A DNA stretch of 64,000 nucleotides from the NCBI GenBank assembly GCA_013239625.1, contig MU054049.1, forward strand, positions 383,015-447,014. Reading direction: 5' to 3'. Position 1 is the stretch's first letter; each line of letters begins with the position of its first letter. The translations under genes and the position numbers were made by a program. Below, piece by piece: positions 53,751 through 64,000 of the stretch. Source of the stretch: Lama guanicoe. Taxonomy: Eukaryota. The notes under the pieces are model-generated. The model saw only the letters and a program-made list of their open reading frames with translations. It was not told where the DNA came from and searched no databases.

Positions 53751-53937
53751 GTAACCACTACCACAATGCTGGATCTGCCACTTCACCCATCCTTTTACTA
53801 TTAGATGCTGCCGTCACATTTTTCCTTCATGTAATGTTTTACAATCATAGCCCAAAAAGGAAAATAATTTTAAGAGTTTATAACCATTGGCAGATGCATA
53901 GGAAGAACACAAAGAGATGAGAGATGACAAAACACAC

Positions 53938-54068
53938 TTCTTCATGGCTTTTGAGCCAAGTCTTTCAGCAGATTCCTTTGAGGGAACCGGGGACTCTTTG
54001 AAAACCATGGAAACTGCTTCAACCACTGGAGAACTTAGAAGTGCCCAGAACTGAAGAGGAGCCACGCA
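53938..54068 (-). pseudogene. Exon remnant AWLLFSSGHF*VLQWLKQFPWFSKSPRFPQRNLLKDLAQKP*R
   Basis: Acceptor cattttgaatag, donor GAA|gtgtgt. Phase 2 to phase 1 bridges its neighbours, but this frame has two stops. Confidence 0.4.
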
Positions 54069-55354
54069 CTATTCAAAATGAATTCCAGAAGTGATAGGCA
54101 TGATCTTGAAGTCACCTCTTCACCACTGGGCCAGACCCTCCATCCCACGTCACGTTCTCAGGAACCCCCAAGTTCCTTTACTGATTGTGGAGTATGTGGG
54201 TACATTGGCTGGACCAACATCTGAGGACTCTTCCATGTGATCACAGTCAGAAGGATGTTTATGCAGAAATCCTTGGGTTCTGTCTCAGGAGACTGTCTCA
54301 GTTTCCCTGTTCATCTAAAACAATAAGCAGCTTTTACTGGGTCGCCTCTGCCTATGGTCAGCAGCCTTCCCTAAATAGAACAGTTCAGTTGCTTTCTTAA
54401 TCCCACTGGGCAGCAGGGGTTGTTTTAGCCTCATAAGAGAGAAATACTTTGGGAGGAAAATAGTAGGATTCATGACATGTGATGGAAAGACGTGTGTGTA
54501 ACACAGGCCTATGTGGAAAGACACATTCGAGGGCAAATGTAAAAATGCACCAGAAGTAAAATCAGACAGATGCAGTGTGAATTTGCCCCTCCCAGTTGTA
54601 TGATCGTAGGCAAATTAAATAAACCTTCCAAGCCCCATTTATAAAACAGAAATAAGAGTACCACTCAAAGTTGATAAGAGGATTAAACTAAATCACCTAT
54701 AGACACTACCTATATATATATTACTGTCAATATATAACAAGGTGAAATAAAACCATTTGTTATAAGTTTTGAAGGATGCATGACTCCACCCATAAGCAAA
54801 GCCCTTTTTATACCCTCCAAGACTTCTCTGTACTTCCAGGATGAAGAGAGAATACATACAACAGAGGTCCTCAACCTTTTGGGGATGATGGACCGCCTAC
54901 GGAACTTGAAGAATGTTAAGAGCTGCTTTCTCCAAAGAAGCAGCGGGTCAACACTCTAACTGTAGAGCTCCCCAGGTGCCTTGAAGCACATGTGTGGGCA
55001 GCTCCATGGAGCCCAGGCTAAGTCATGCCTTGAGCACTTAACCCTGCAGGCCTGTCATCTGTCAGCAGGGTGGATAAGTGACAGTGTACGGGACTCAGCC
55101 TAACTATGCCCCAAGCCATCATCCATAGCTGAGGGCTACTCAGTCCACCTTGGATCCCGACACCTTTGCCATAAACCAGTACCTCTCCCCACCCCACACC
55201 TTATGTTAGGGCACAAATCTGACAAAATTGCCTAGTTCCTTTGTCTACGTGGGGCAAAAAAAACCCAACAGTACTGAATGCATTAGTAATGTTGCATCAT
55301 TTCACTGAAGCAGTTTCCTCCTTTAAGATTTATGATTAAAAACAGCTAACACTT

Positions 55355-55955
55355 CCATATGATCCAGCAATCCCACTCCTGTGCATATTATATCCGGAGG
55401 AAACTCTAATTCAAAAAGATACATGCACCCTAATGTTCATGGAACACTGTATACAACAGCCAAGACATGGAAACAATGACAGATGATTGGATAAAGAACA
55501 TGTGGTATATTTATACAGTGGAATACTACTCAGCCACAAAAAATGATGACATTTGCAGCAACATGGATGGACCTAGAGATTATCATACTAAGTGAAGTAG
55601 TCAGACAGAGAAAGACGAATATATGATATCACTTATATGTGGAATCTAAAAAAAATGACAAAAAATGGACTTATAACAAAACAAAAACAGACTCACAGAC
55701 ATACAAAACAAACTTATGGTTACCAAAGGGTAAAGGGGAGGAGGAGGGATAAATTAGGAGTTTGGGATTTGCAGATATTAACCGCCATATATAAAATAGA
55801 TAGACAACAAGGTTGTATTGTATAGCACAGGGAACTACATTCAATATCTTATAATAACCTATAATGAAAAAGAATATATATCTGTTTAACTGAATCACTA
55901 TGCTGTACACCAGAAACTAATACAACATTGTAAATCAACTATGCTTCAATTTTTT
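55355..55955 (+). mobile_element. Lineage-specific L1 3' end inserted at the end of a MIR (MIR on minus, to about 56180)
   Basis: ccatatgatccagcaatcccactcctg...aactgaatcactatgctgtacaccagaaactaatacaacattgtaaatcaact; flanking repeat gctaacactt at 55345-55354 and 55964-55973. Confidence 0.9.
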
Positions 55956-56851
55956 TAAACATGGCTAACACTTTTTGATTCCTTACTACATGCCACACAG
56001 TGCGCTAAACACTTGACACGCATTGTCATCTAATCCTTCCAAGAACAGCGTGTGGTAGATTTCGTTATCTCCATTTGGCAGTCAGTTAGCTGAGTCTTAG
56101 ATGGTTTAAAAGTCATTTGCTGCTGGTCACTTAGGTAGTGAGTAGCAGACCTAACTTGGAGCCCTGCTCTCAATACTCTGATCTCTGCCCCTTCCCTCCA
56201 GGGCACTGCCGATTTCCTGGGACATTTCATAAGTGCAGACAAGTGTGGTCCTTAGTTGCTTCCCTGTGGATTTCCAAAGCATCACTCTATTTTATTTTAG
56301 TTCCCCAGGCCCGAGAAGCCCCCTCTGGGAAGATTGCCCTCCACATATAAGCTGCTCCCTGCTTGCTCCATACTTTTGTGAATCCATAATGCATCATTCC
56401 CAGAGCTGTCAGAATGTCTGACTTCCCCATAAATGGCGTACCAGCCTTCAAAGCCTGCGTGTCACCCCCTCTATTAACGTGTTGCTTCCTATTTCAGATA
56501 AGAACCAGCCCTTTTGTCATATTTGAATTTCAAATATCCACCCACCTTATCAGCTTGCCTGCCACTGTCCTCTAAGAATCCAGTTCAAACATTTGTGATG
56601 AAAATGTAGCTGGGACACACTGGAATGAAAGTGAACATACCCAAAGCTTCACAGCCAATGCCTCGGTCAGTTTCAATGTGTCTTGAAAACGTGTTTATGT
56701 GAAAGTTTCTTGAACATTCAGCATTTTTCAAATACTGGACTTACTTATGTTGTAGGCATTTTAACAGCAAGCTGGGTGATTTACCAACCTGTCCAGAGTT
56801 TAACCCTCCCTCCCCAACATTTTTTTTTACTACACTTACTACTCCCATGTC

Positions 56852-57278
56852 TTTTTTTTTTTAACTGAAGTCTAGTCAGTTTACCTGTTGTGACAATTTC
56901 TGGTGTATACCATCATGTTTCAGTCATACATGTACATACATATATTCCTTTTCAGATTCTTTTCATTATAGGTTACTACAAGATATTAAATATAGTTCCC
57001 CGTGCTACAGTAGGAACTTGTTATTTATCTATTTTATCTATAGTAGTTAATATCTGCAAATCTCCCAGTTTATCCCTCCTCCCCACTTTCCTCCCTGGTA
57101 ATTGTAAGTTTGTTTTCTATGTCTGTGAGTCTGTTTCTCTTTTGTAAATAAGTTCGTTTGTGTCTTTTTTTTTTTTTTAGATTCCACATATAAGTGATAG
57201 CATATGCATTTTTCTTTCTCTTTCTGGCTTACTTCACTTAGTATGATGATCTCCAGGTCCACCCATGTTGCTGCAAAT
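56852..57278 (-). mobile_element. Lineage-specific L1 3' end
   Basis: T tail...tagattccacatataagtgata...ccatgttgctgcaaat; imperfect ctcccat-containing TSD. Confidence 0.9.
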
Positions 57279-57629
57279 AATCCTCCCATATACTCTTTAT
57301 CAGTATGATCTGACTCCAGCCTGGTCACCCAGTCCCAGCTTCTGGCAGTGCCTTGTGTCAACAGTTTGAATTTCTTGTTCAAGCAAGAGCTCACCATGTT
57401 GAGACACAGGGGCTGCTGAGATGGGCCATGTCACATGACACCAAGAGTCTTCTCCAAAATACATTTAGCCCAGGAGCTGGCAGGGACAGACAAAACAGGA
57501 ATCAGCACTTCACAAGCAACCCACTGAAAGAGAGGCCTGAGGAGAGATGGTGCAGCTGGCCACATGCAAAAGGCAGCATCCATCCACGGCTCCTGGTCCA
57601 GGGTTAGCAGAGGAGAGCAGGGGGTTCAT

Positions 57630-57760
57630 GGAGTGAGAGACCTAGGGTTGAACTGTGACTCTGTCCCTTACTCACTGGTGTCTCTGGGAAAGTCCCAAAT
57701 GTGTCATCTGTAAAATGGAAATGACAATAACCCTCTCTCGTAAGGTTGTTGCCATGGAAC
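57630..57760 (+). mobile_element. MIR
   Basis: catctgtaaaatggaaatgacaata core. Confidence 0.6.
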
Positions 57761-57917
57761 ACGGACCACTATAAGTGTGATGATGAGGTGTGACCTCCAG
57801 AGGGGATGTAAGGGGAACATGGCGATGCCCGTGGACCATCACCCAGACAAAGTAAAAACACCGAGTCCCTCTAGAAGTCAGCCCAGCCTCATGCCACCTA
57901 GACAGAGCGATACCCAC

Positions 57918-58199
57918 CTGAGGGTGCCGTCAGCTGGGTCCTCAGCCTCCTTGAGGTCTTCCCACTCACTCTCACTGTCATGGGGCTCTTCTGGAGGCAA
58001 AGACTTTGAGATAGTCCCCCAAGAACAGAACTGCGGTAAGGGAATGGTCCCTGAATCTGCCTCCAGACATTCTCCACAGGGTAGCTGGTCTTCCAAGGCA
58101 GAGTCGATGATGAGATAGGCTTCATCCCCCCAGGTGGGAGGAGGGGCTTCAGGTGGATGGCACACGTCACCTTCCTCATCATCACTGTACCATTGAGGA
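57918..58199 (-). pseudogene. Open 282-nt acidic/proline-rich exon PQWYSDDEEGDVCHPPEAPPPTW...HDSESEWEDLKEAEDPADGTL
   Basis: Acceptor tttctgttttctag, donor CAG|gtgggt, 94 codons without a stop, phase 2 to phase 2 (part of ORF 57878..58255). Confidence 0.7.
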
Positions 58200-58599
58200 C
58201 TAGAAAACAGAAACCCATGTGTCTTCCAGTGTTGATCAGAAATTCCTCTCCCCACCTTCCCTTGTTTTCAGGATGCTTATTGTGACCCATCACAGGAGAG
58301 CCAGCCAGGCTTCAGACAGTTCCTGCCAAAGATTGCTCTGGGACCAGGAGATGAATAGTGAATAAGGCATGGTCCCTGTCTTTGAAGAGACCCGGATTTA
58401 ACAGAAAGAGCGAGCAGTGAAGAAATGTTACAATCCAAGTAGTAAGCACTACGGTAGCGGCAGCACAGAGCGTTATGGAAGTGGTGGGGGCAGGGGGGCT
58501 CCCTATCAAGTCCAGAAGACCACGGGGGAATTTGCCAGAGCGGGTGGCATCAAAAGCAGAGCTCTGGCCCAGTTCTAGGAACTGGAAGTCGTTCAGACC

Positions 58600-58770
58600 T
58601 CCAACAATTTTATGTACTTCCCTGGGACCTCAGTTTTCTCATCTGAAAAATGGGAAGGTCAAGAAACTTACAGGATTGTTGGGATGCTTAAGTTAAATAA
58701 TTCTGATATAGCCATCCACGGTTCCTGGGCCAGGGTAAGTTCTCAGCCAATGGACAAAACCATGATTACT
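58600..58770 (+). mobile_element. MIR
   Basis: cctcagttttctcatctgaaaaatggga core. Confidence 0.65.
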
Positions 58771-59909
58771 ACTATGATTATGATTGCTATTTCAACAGCA
58801 GAATTAGATCAAAAGGGCCAACGCAGAAGGCTGGGAACAACTTAAGCAGGTGACCTTCAAAGTGCTTTGTGCAAATGTCAGGTCCGTTTCTGAGCACAGA
58901 AAAAGTGCCTATTTGGGGAGGCAGCCAGCTGGCATGGTATTTACTCCCTGAGTGACACAGAAAGCAGATGAACAGAGAGGCTCATTGTCTGGCGACAAAG
59001 ATGCAGATGCAACGGTGAGCAGTAAGCCTTCCAGAGGCTGCGTGAAGGTCACCACACAGGCTTTGTGATTAGAAAGAGCAGTCCATGCAGACGACAAAGC
59101 GTTCTGCCCAGTGCTTCCAACATGCAGAGAAGGTACTCAGGAAATGTCTGTTGAGAGTCTGGTTAGAGAAGATGAGAAGGAAAATCTAAAAGAAATGCAC
59201 ACAGGTTGAACTTTGTACCAAATACACAAATCCTTGTTTATCAGCCTCCTGCCGCACCCCCAAATCAATGCGTTGGCTTTGTCAGTGTCCCCTGCCCTCC
59301 CTCTCTGTTTCCCACAGTGCCTCTTCCCCTTAAAGTCAGCTTGGGCCCCTCCCCATAGCTACCAGCCCCCCAAACACCCATACAGCTGGTCCCCCTCCCC
59401 TCTGGAGCCATAGTGTCAGTCCCAACCCGAGTTTTGCTCTCAAAGAGACATCATTTCTGCTCAGGAGAGCTACAGGGTTTGTATGAGTGTGCATTTCATG
59501 TAAATATACACACACGTGTGTGTTTGAAAAGGACACTATATGCTCCGAGGACTAAAGAGGAACGCTTACTTTAAGAAAACAATATTTACTAACACAACAT
59601 TGTAAATCAACTCTACTTCAATTAAAAATATTTAAGAAAATAAAATAAAGTAAACAATATTTAAAAATTGCTAAGCATTTCAAGGAAAACTTGGCTTAAA
59701 ACCTTAAAGTACTTAACTGAATTGTGTAGAAAGTGTGTTTTTTAATAAACAAAGGAAGGGAACGCTGGGGAAGTTTTTTCAAAAGACAAGAAATCTAGCC
59801 TGGTGCCCAGGCCCACCCTGTCTCCTGTCCCCTACCCCCTCTCCCCCTTCCCTGCCAAGAAGCAAGTGGCAACACTGCAGTGCCTGACGATCCGGGCCTC
59901 ACCTCTCAC

Positions 59910-60402
59910 GACCATGCTCCTTCAACATTTCTAATAAGCTCTTTGCTCACCAGGTTGGATCTGGGGCTCCAGCTACTGGCCCTGACTGGAGGGAGACCCA
60001 GGGAGGCCATCAGCCTGAGCAGCAAGAGGCAAGGCTGTTGAGATGTCCAGAGAAGGTTTGGTGATCTCCAAGGTGACATCCTGGCCATTGTCCCACCACA
60101 AGTCGGGGAGAATAATGGCCTTTACATCCACCCTTCCACCCAGGCCACCAGGATGCTCTTGAGATTCTGACCTGGAGTTTGCCTATGGGCGTGGGGAAAG
60201 GGAGCAAGAACAGAAGAGGCACCAGAAGGCCCACGGAAGCCCCCAGGCAGAGCCTCCTGCACGGAAGGGGCAAGACTTGGAGATGTGGAGAATTTGATAA
60301 GGATGGTGGTATGCTTTAGAGCAAGGCCAGATGTCTTGGCAGGTGGACGTGCCAAGGAAAGAGGCAGAGTCCTTCACCCAGGGCTCAAGGCCAACTCAGG
60401 AT
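59910..60402 (-). pseudogene. Large exon remnant with stops and a probable frameshift
   Basis: Acceptor cattattcccag after a 73-bp intron; donor GTC|gtgaga. The terminal frame ...KELIRNVEGAWS joins the 58199 exon in phase 2. Confidence 0.45.
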
Positions 60403-60475
60403 CTGGGAATAATGCAGCATAATTCTCCCATCCAGAACCTGAAAGGGATTGGGGTGCTCTGAGTTCTCTGCTCAC

Positions 60476-60686
60476 CTGCAGGTCCATTTTATGACCTCAG
60501 CTGCTCCCTGCACTTTTTCCCTCCCTCCCAAGTTGTCTGACAAAAGGAGACTTTTATAGACAGATGGTATCCGGAGGAGACTCTGGAGACCCCACCTGGG
60601 ATCTCTGCCCAGCCACCTCCCTAACACGAGCTGGCAGGGCCTAGGAACCAGGCCCCTCACCAGACCCTGCAACTCTTCAGCCTCTG
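60476..60686 (-). pseudogene. Open 211-nt exon EAEELQGLVRGLVPRPCQLVLGRW...AAEVIKWTCR
   Basis: Acceptor ttcctttccttgaaag, consensus donor CAG|gtgagc, stop-free (ORF 60472..60693). Confidence 0.5.
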
Positions 60687-60826
60687 CTTTCAAGGAAAGG
60701 AATCCCGGTTCAGCTCAGGTCAATGAAATCAGTGTGAAGCCTCTGCTTGCTACAGGGTATTTACTGAGAGTGGCAGACACCGTGCCCAACATCCCTGGAG
60801 AGCTGTTCTTTAGAAACTTGGGCCAC

Positions 60827-61264
60827 TGACTTCCTGGGGGGAGTGGCCAGAATGGAAGCATGGAAAGACCCAGAGGTCACCTCCTCTCTTGAGCACACCA
60901 AAATCACAGCTATTTGCAGAACAATCATCGATGAAAAAGACAAGCCTACCAGAAAAGATCTACCACTAAAGACATAACGAAGGAACCACAGTAAGACGGG
61001 TAGGAGGGGCGGACGCGTGATATAATCAGATCCACGCGAGTGACCCACACACTGGAGAACAACTGCAGGGCAGAAGTTCTGAGCCCCACGTTGGGCCCTG
61101 CAGGCCGGAATTCCGGCACTGGGAAGGTGAGCCCCCAGAGCACTTGGCTTTGAAGGCCAGCAGGGCTTACTCGCAGGAGCCCCCCAGGACTGGGGGAAAC
61201 AGAGATTCCACTCTTAAAGGGCGCATGCAAAATCTCACTTGCACCAGGAGCCAGGGCAAAAGTG
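60827..61264 (+). mobile_element. L1 5'UTR-only (3'-truncated) insertion
   Basis: Resembles the laurasiatherian L1 5'UTR (gcacaccaaaatcacagctattt...ggctttgaaggccagcagggctt...ccactcttaaagggcgca); perfect TSD gaaacttgggccac at 60813-60826 and 61265-61278; no poly(A). Confidence 0.8.
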
Positions 61265-62173
61265 GAAACTTGGGCCACCAAAATCATGTGCCCCTTTCAG
61301 GAAAACAAGTCAAATGAGTAGACAGCAGCATTTCAGGCCTGAAATAATAGGTTTCATAATTGACCTATTTACTGCGAGGAAACCCACAATGAAGTTCAGG
61401 CTTTGTGTCTCTTCGTGTGGGGCTCAGCCTTCTCCAGGTCTCCTGCCCCAGCCCTCCCCCCCACCCCCCGCCAACATCCCTGCTAGCCCGGTGAGTGCAG
61501 CTGGGATCTCAGGGTTTGTGCCAAGTTTAACATCAGCAGGCTGGGTTTGCAGTGACTCTAAGACGTCAAGAAGGGACGTTCCGTGGACCACTGGGTTTGA
61601 AGCTCAGTTGATAATCCTGAGCTGGAGAGCAATATTTAAGAGTCATCAGAGTGGGGTGCCTGGCTTGGTGTGTATGGGATGGGGGTCCCCAGGGAGCCTG
61701 TAAGTGTGGGGAGAGAACTCAGCTGAAGGCAGTGCCCAGGCCCAGCCTGTGGCAGGCTCTGCTCTGCGGGGTTAGATGAACCACTGATGCTCCTGGCCAG
61801 GCATCTGCCTCCTTCGCTCCCCTCAGTCACACTCCAGCTCCAGAGCAGGTCTTCACAGGGGTCCCCTGTGCCCTCACTTTGACCTACAGCCAGCTCATCT
61901 GGCAGCCTCATTCACCCCTCGGCCAGCTACTCTGAGGTCACATCTGGCATGGAAGCTTCAGTTGAGTTAGACCCCTAGTCCCCTCATCATCCTTTGCTAT
62001 TCCAGGAACTCTGTCCTCCCCAGAAGGTATACAGTAACTTTAGGTTTATTTCAAGGACTCGGCCTCATTTTGCATTTTTAAATGATCATAAAGACTTACA
62101 TCCTCACTTTCACTACATGATACTTGCTGAAATGACATGCATTTTAATTACAGGAATATAAGTATATACACTA

Positions 62174-62256
62174 GGAGGGGAGAGAAAGAAAGAGAAAGAG
62201 GAAGAAAGAGAGAGAGAGAGGGAGAGGGAGAAAGAGAGAGAGAGAGAAAGGAAAGA
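62174..62256 (+). repeat. GA-rich simple repeat
   Basis: Purine-only tract. Confidence 0.9.
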
Positions 62257-62859
62257 CCAACTTCCCAAGGCTCAGCCCTGAAGAGAGCATGAGTGGGAAA
62301 CTTGAATGAGCCATCCCTTCATTCCTGTGAAGTCAACATTTAAAGAGAAGCATTTTGCAGTCAGTATGGCCTGTAAAGGCAAACCACCAGACTTCATCTG
62401 AGGCTCAACCAAAGAAGAAGTGATCTGCTCCCACACCAAGGAGGGAAAAACAACATCACACCTTGCAAAGTGATGCTCAGGGTAACATGACTTGATGTGG
62501 TTTTCGCCTTATGCCCTAGCTTTAGAAACTAACCTTGCATAAGATGCAGCTCCAGCCAAGTACCAAGTCCTCTCTCTGGAAGGCAAACAATTACAGTGTT
62601 CTTCCATGAAAATGTACTGTACCGCTTTATTACAACATGTTTTATAAAGATCTACCGCGCTATGGTAGTAATAGATGGACAGCGTGGTAAAAGAAAAGAA
62701 GACGAAATGTCAGACTTCATCTTCTCCAAGAACACTGGCTTTGCTGGGGTGCTGGCAGCCATCTGACTGTAGGAAGTAGCCACCTGGTAGATGACAATGT
62801 GCTGGGAATTTCAATTGATAGGACCTGCTCTTTAGCTGGAAATGGCTCTGGAAAGGGAA

Positions 62860-63090
62860 AGAAAATTGACCTGGGTTGAGTTCCTGCTGGGAGCCAGGCA
62901 CTGGGTTAGTGCTCTGCACATGTGTTATCTCTTTCGAACTGCACGGCACCCTGTGGAATTGTCTGTGTCTTCATTTCCATTTGAGAAGCCTCAAGCTCAG
63001 GGAATTCAACTCTCTGGGCATGGGCATGCTAGGAAGTGGCAGAGCTGAAAGCAAGGCTCTCTGATCAAGAAGTCAGTGCTCTTTTTGTTC
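62860..63090 (-). mobile_element. MIR
   Basis: gagttcctgctgggagccaggcactgggttagtgctctgcacatg...gctaggaagtggcagagctg. Confidence 0.65.
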
Positions 63091-63891
63091 TAAACTGCAG
63101 GAAGAGAACTTCACTCATAGATGCTGGCAAACAAAGAGGCAGTTACCTGGGACAGCCACCTCAGAACTGAGCTGCGGACATTCGAGATGGGGTCCACCAA
63201 GAACCACAACCCCACTTTGGAATCCTAATTCCTACCCTACCCAGGGGCTCGGGGAACTGTGTCCGGGGATCGCTGGGTATGTACCATGCTTTTCCTCCTG
63301 TAGGGGGCAGCCACTAAGTATGTGTGCTCTGAGCGCAAGCTGATGTCCCACGGGAGGAGAAGCTAATGTGGTTTGAGTCCTTCCTTTGGAGAGAAAGAGG
63401 ACTTCCATTTCTGAATGGGAGAGAGGAAACAAAAGTACAAGTGAAACACAGTAAAAGGAAATGTGAGGAGGTGGAGAGCTGCCATCACCAGGGCCACGGG
63501 AGCCAAGTGCAAGGGGGAGGGGTTGGCCATGGAGGGAGTCAATGCAGAGAACAGCAAACCTGCCCACCTGTTACCCCGTGGACCACGTGGGCCTGGGCAG
63601 TGAGCACGGAGCAGCAACCAAGACGGACCGATCAGAGGCTCCACCGTAATGTTCTGAACAGGCTGTCAATACTCTTGTATAATTCTGGGAAGGGGCCACC
63701 CCCTTCCAAGGATGGCAGGTTTTGGACATCTGGTATACCCTTGCAAGTAGAGATGCTAAGCCAAATTTAATTTGATCCAGAAATATAAAACGATATGATG
63801 CTTCTTTTTTTTTTTTTAAGGAATGACAAAAACATAAAGGGGAAAAGGTGTCAGGATTTATAAGAAGAAGATAAAGAAAGGCAGATTTCAC

Positions 63892-63986
63892 CTTAATAGA
63901 AGGAAGAACTTTCCGATCGACAACTACACGATGATAAAATGGGCCACCTCAAGAGGTAGCAAATTCTGCATCCAACCCTGGAGCTA
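63892..63986 (-). pseudogene. Exon remnant PGLDAEFATS*GGPFYHRVVVDRKVLPSIK
   Basis: Acceptor ttttgcctgaatag, donor AAG|gtgaaa, retains CpGs, one TGA. Confidence 0.4.
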
Positions 63987-64000
63987 TTCAGGCAAAAGCA

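Larger units (their letters stand above)
46470..64000 (-). pseudogene. Right-hand decayed or partly intact multi-exon gene of unknown identity; probably begins beyond the right window edge
   Basis: Exon-like segments at about 63892-63986, from 62847, 60476-60686, 59910-60402, 57918-58199, 53938-54068, 52191-52334, 48990-49115, 47309-47408 and possibly about 46470-46684. The chain is phase-consistent from 59910 to 47309. Confidence 0.55.

Noticed and set aside
57777..58118. 113-aa Ser-rich plus-strand ORF
   Set aside because: Antisense shadow of the minus-strand exon 57918-58199.
1..64000. Gene symbol for the exon chains; CRISPR, operon or other prokaryotic systems
   Set aside because: The peptides match no protein I can recall with confidence. 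The DNA is clearly mammalian and has no repeat-spacer array.

Overview
Mammalian genomic DNA, most likely camelid (inferred from tRNA-headed Vic-1-type SINEs and camelid/cetartiodactyl-type L1 3' ends). The window is repeat-rich (L1, L2, MIR, MLT1 MaLR, MER5) and has one 272-nt assembly gap inside a CpG island at about 43.3-44.05 kb. I found no intact, recognisable protein-coding gene and no prokaryotic-type system. Reading the minus strand by hand shows a long chain of exon-like segments with good splice signals, several phase-compatible junctions and protein-like translations. These are interrupted by in-frame stops and two AG>AA acceptor changes. They look like one or two decayed, intron-containing genes (candidate unitary pseudogenes) that I cannot name: a right-hand chain from the window edge to about 46.5 kb, and a left-hand chain that starts at an ATG in the CpG island (43873) and runs to at least 877. 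Other notable structures: a scrambled L1/MLT1 nest (35.5-38.3 kb), an L1 5'UTR-only insertion with a perfect 14-bp TSD, a foreign exon-bearing insert inside an old L1, a 236-bp tandem duplication and small template-switch scars. Repeat family calls come from recalled consensus motifs and their boundaries are approximate.
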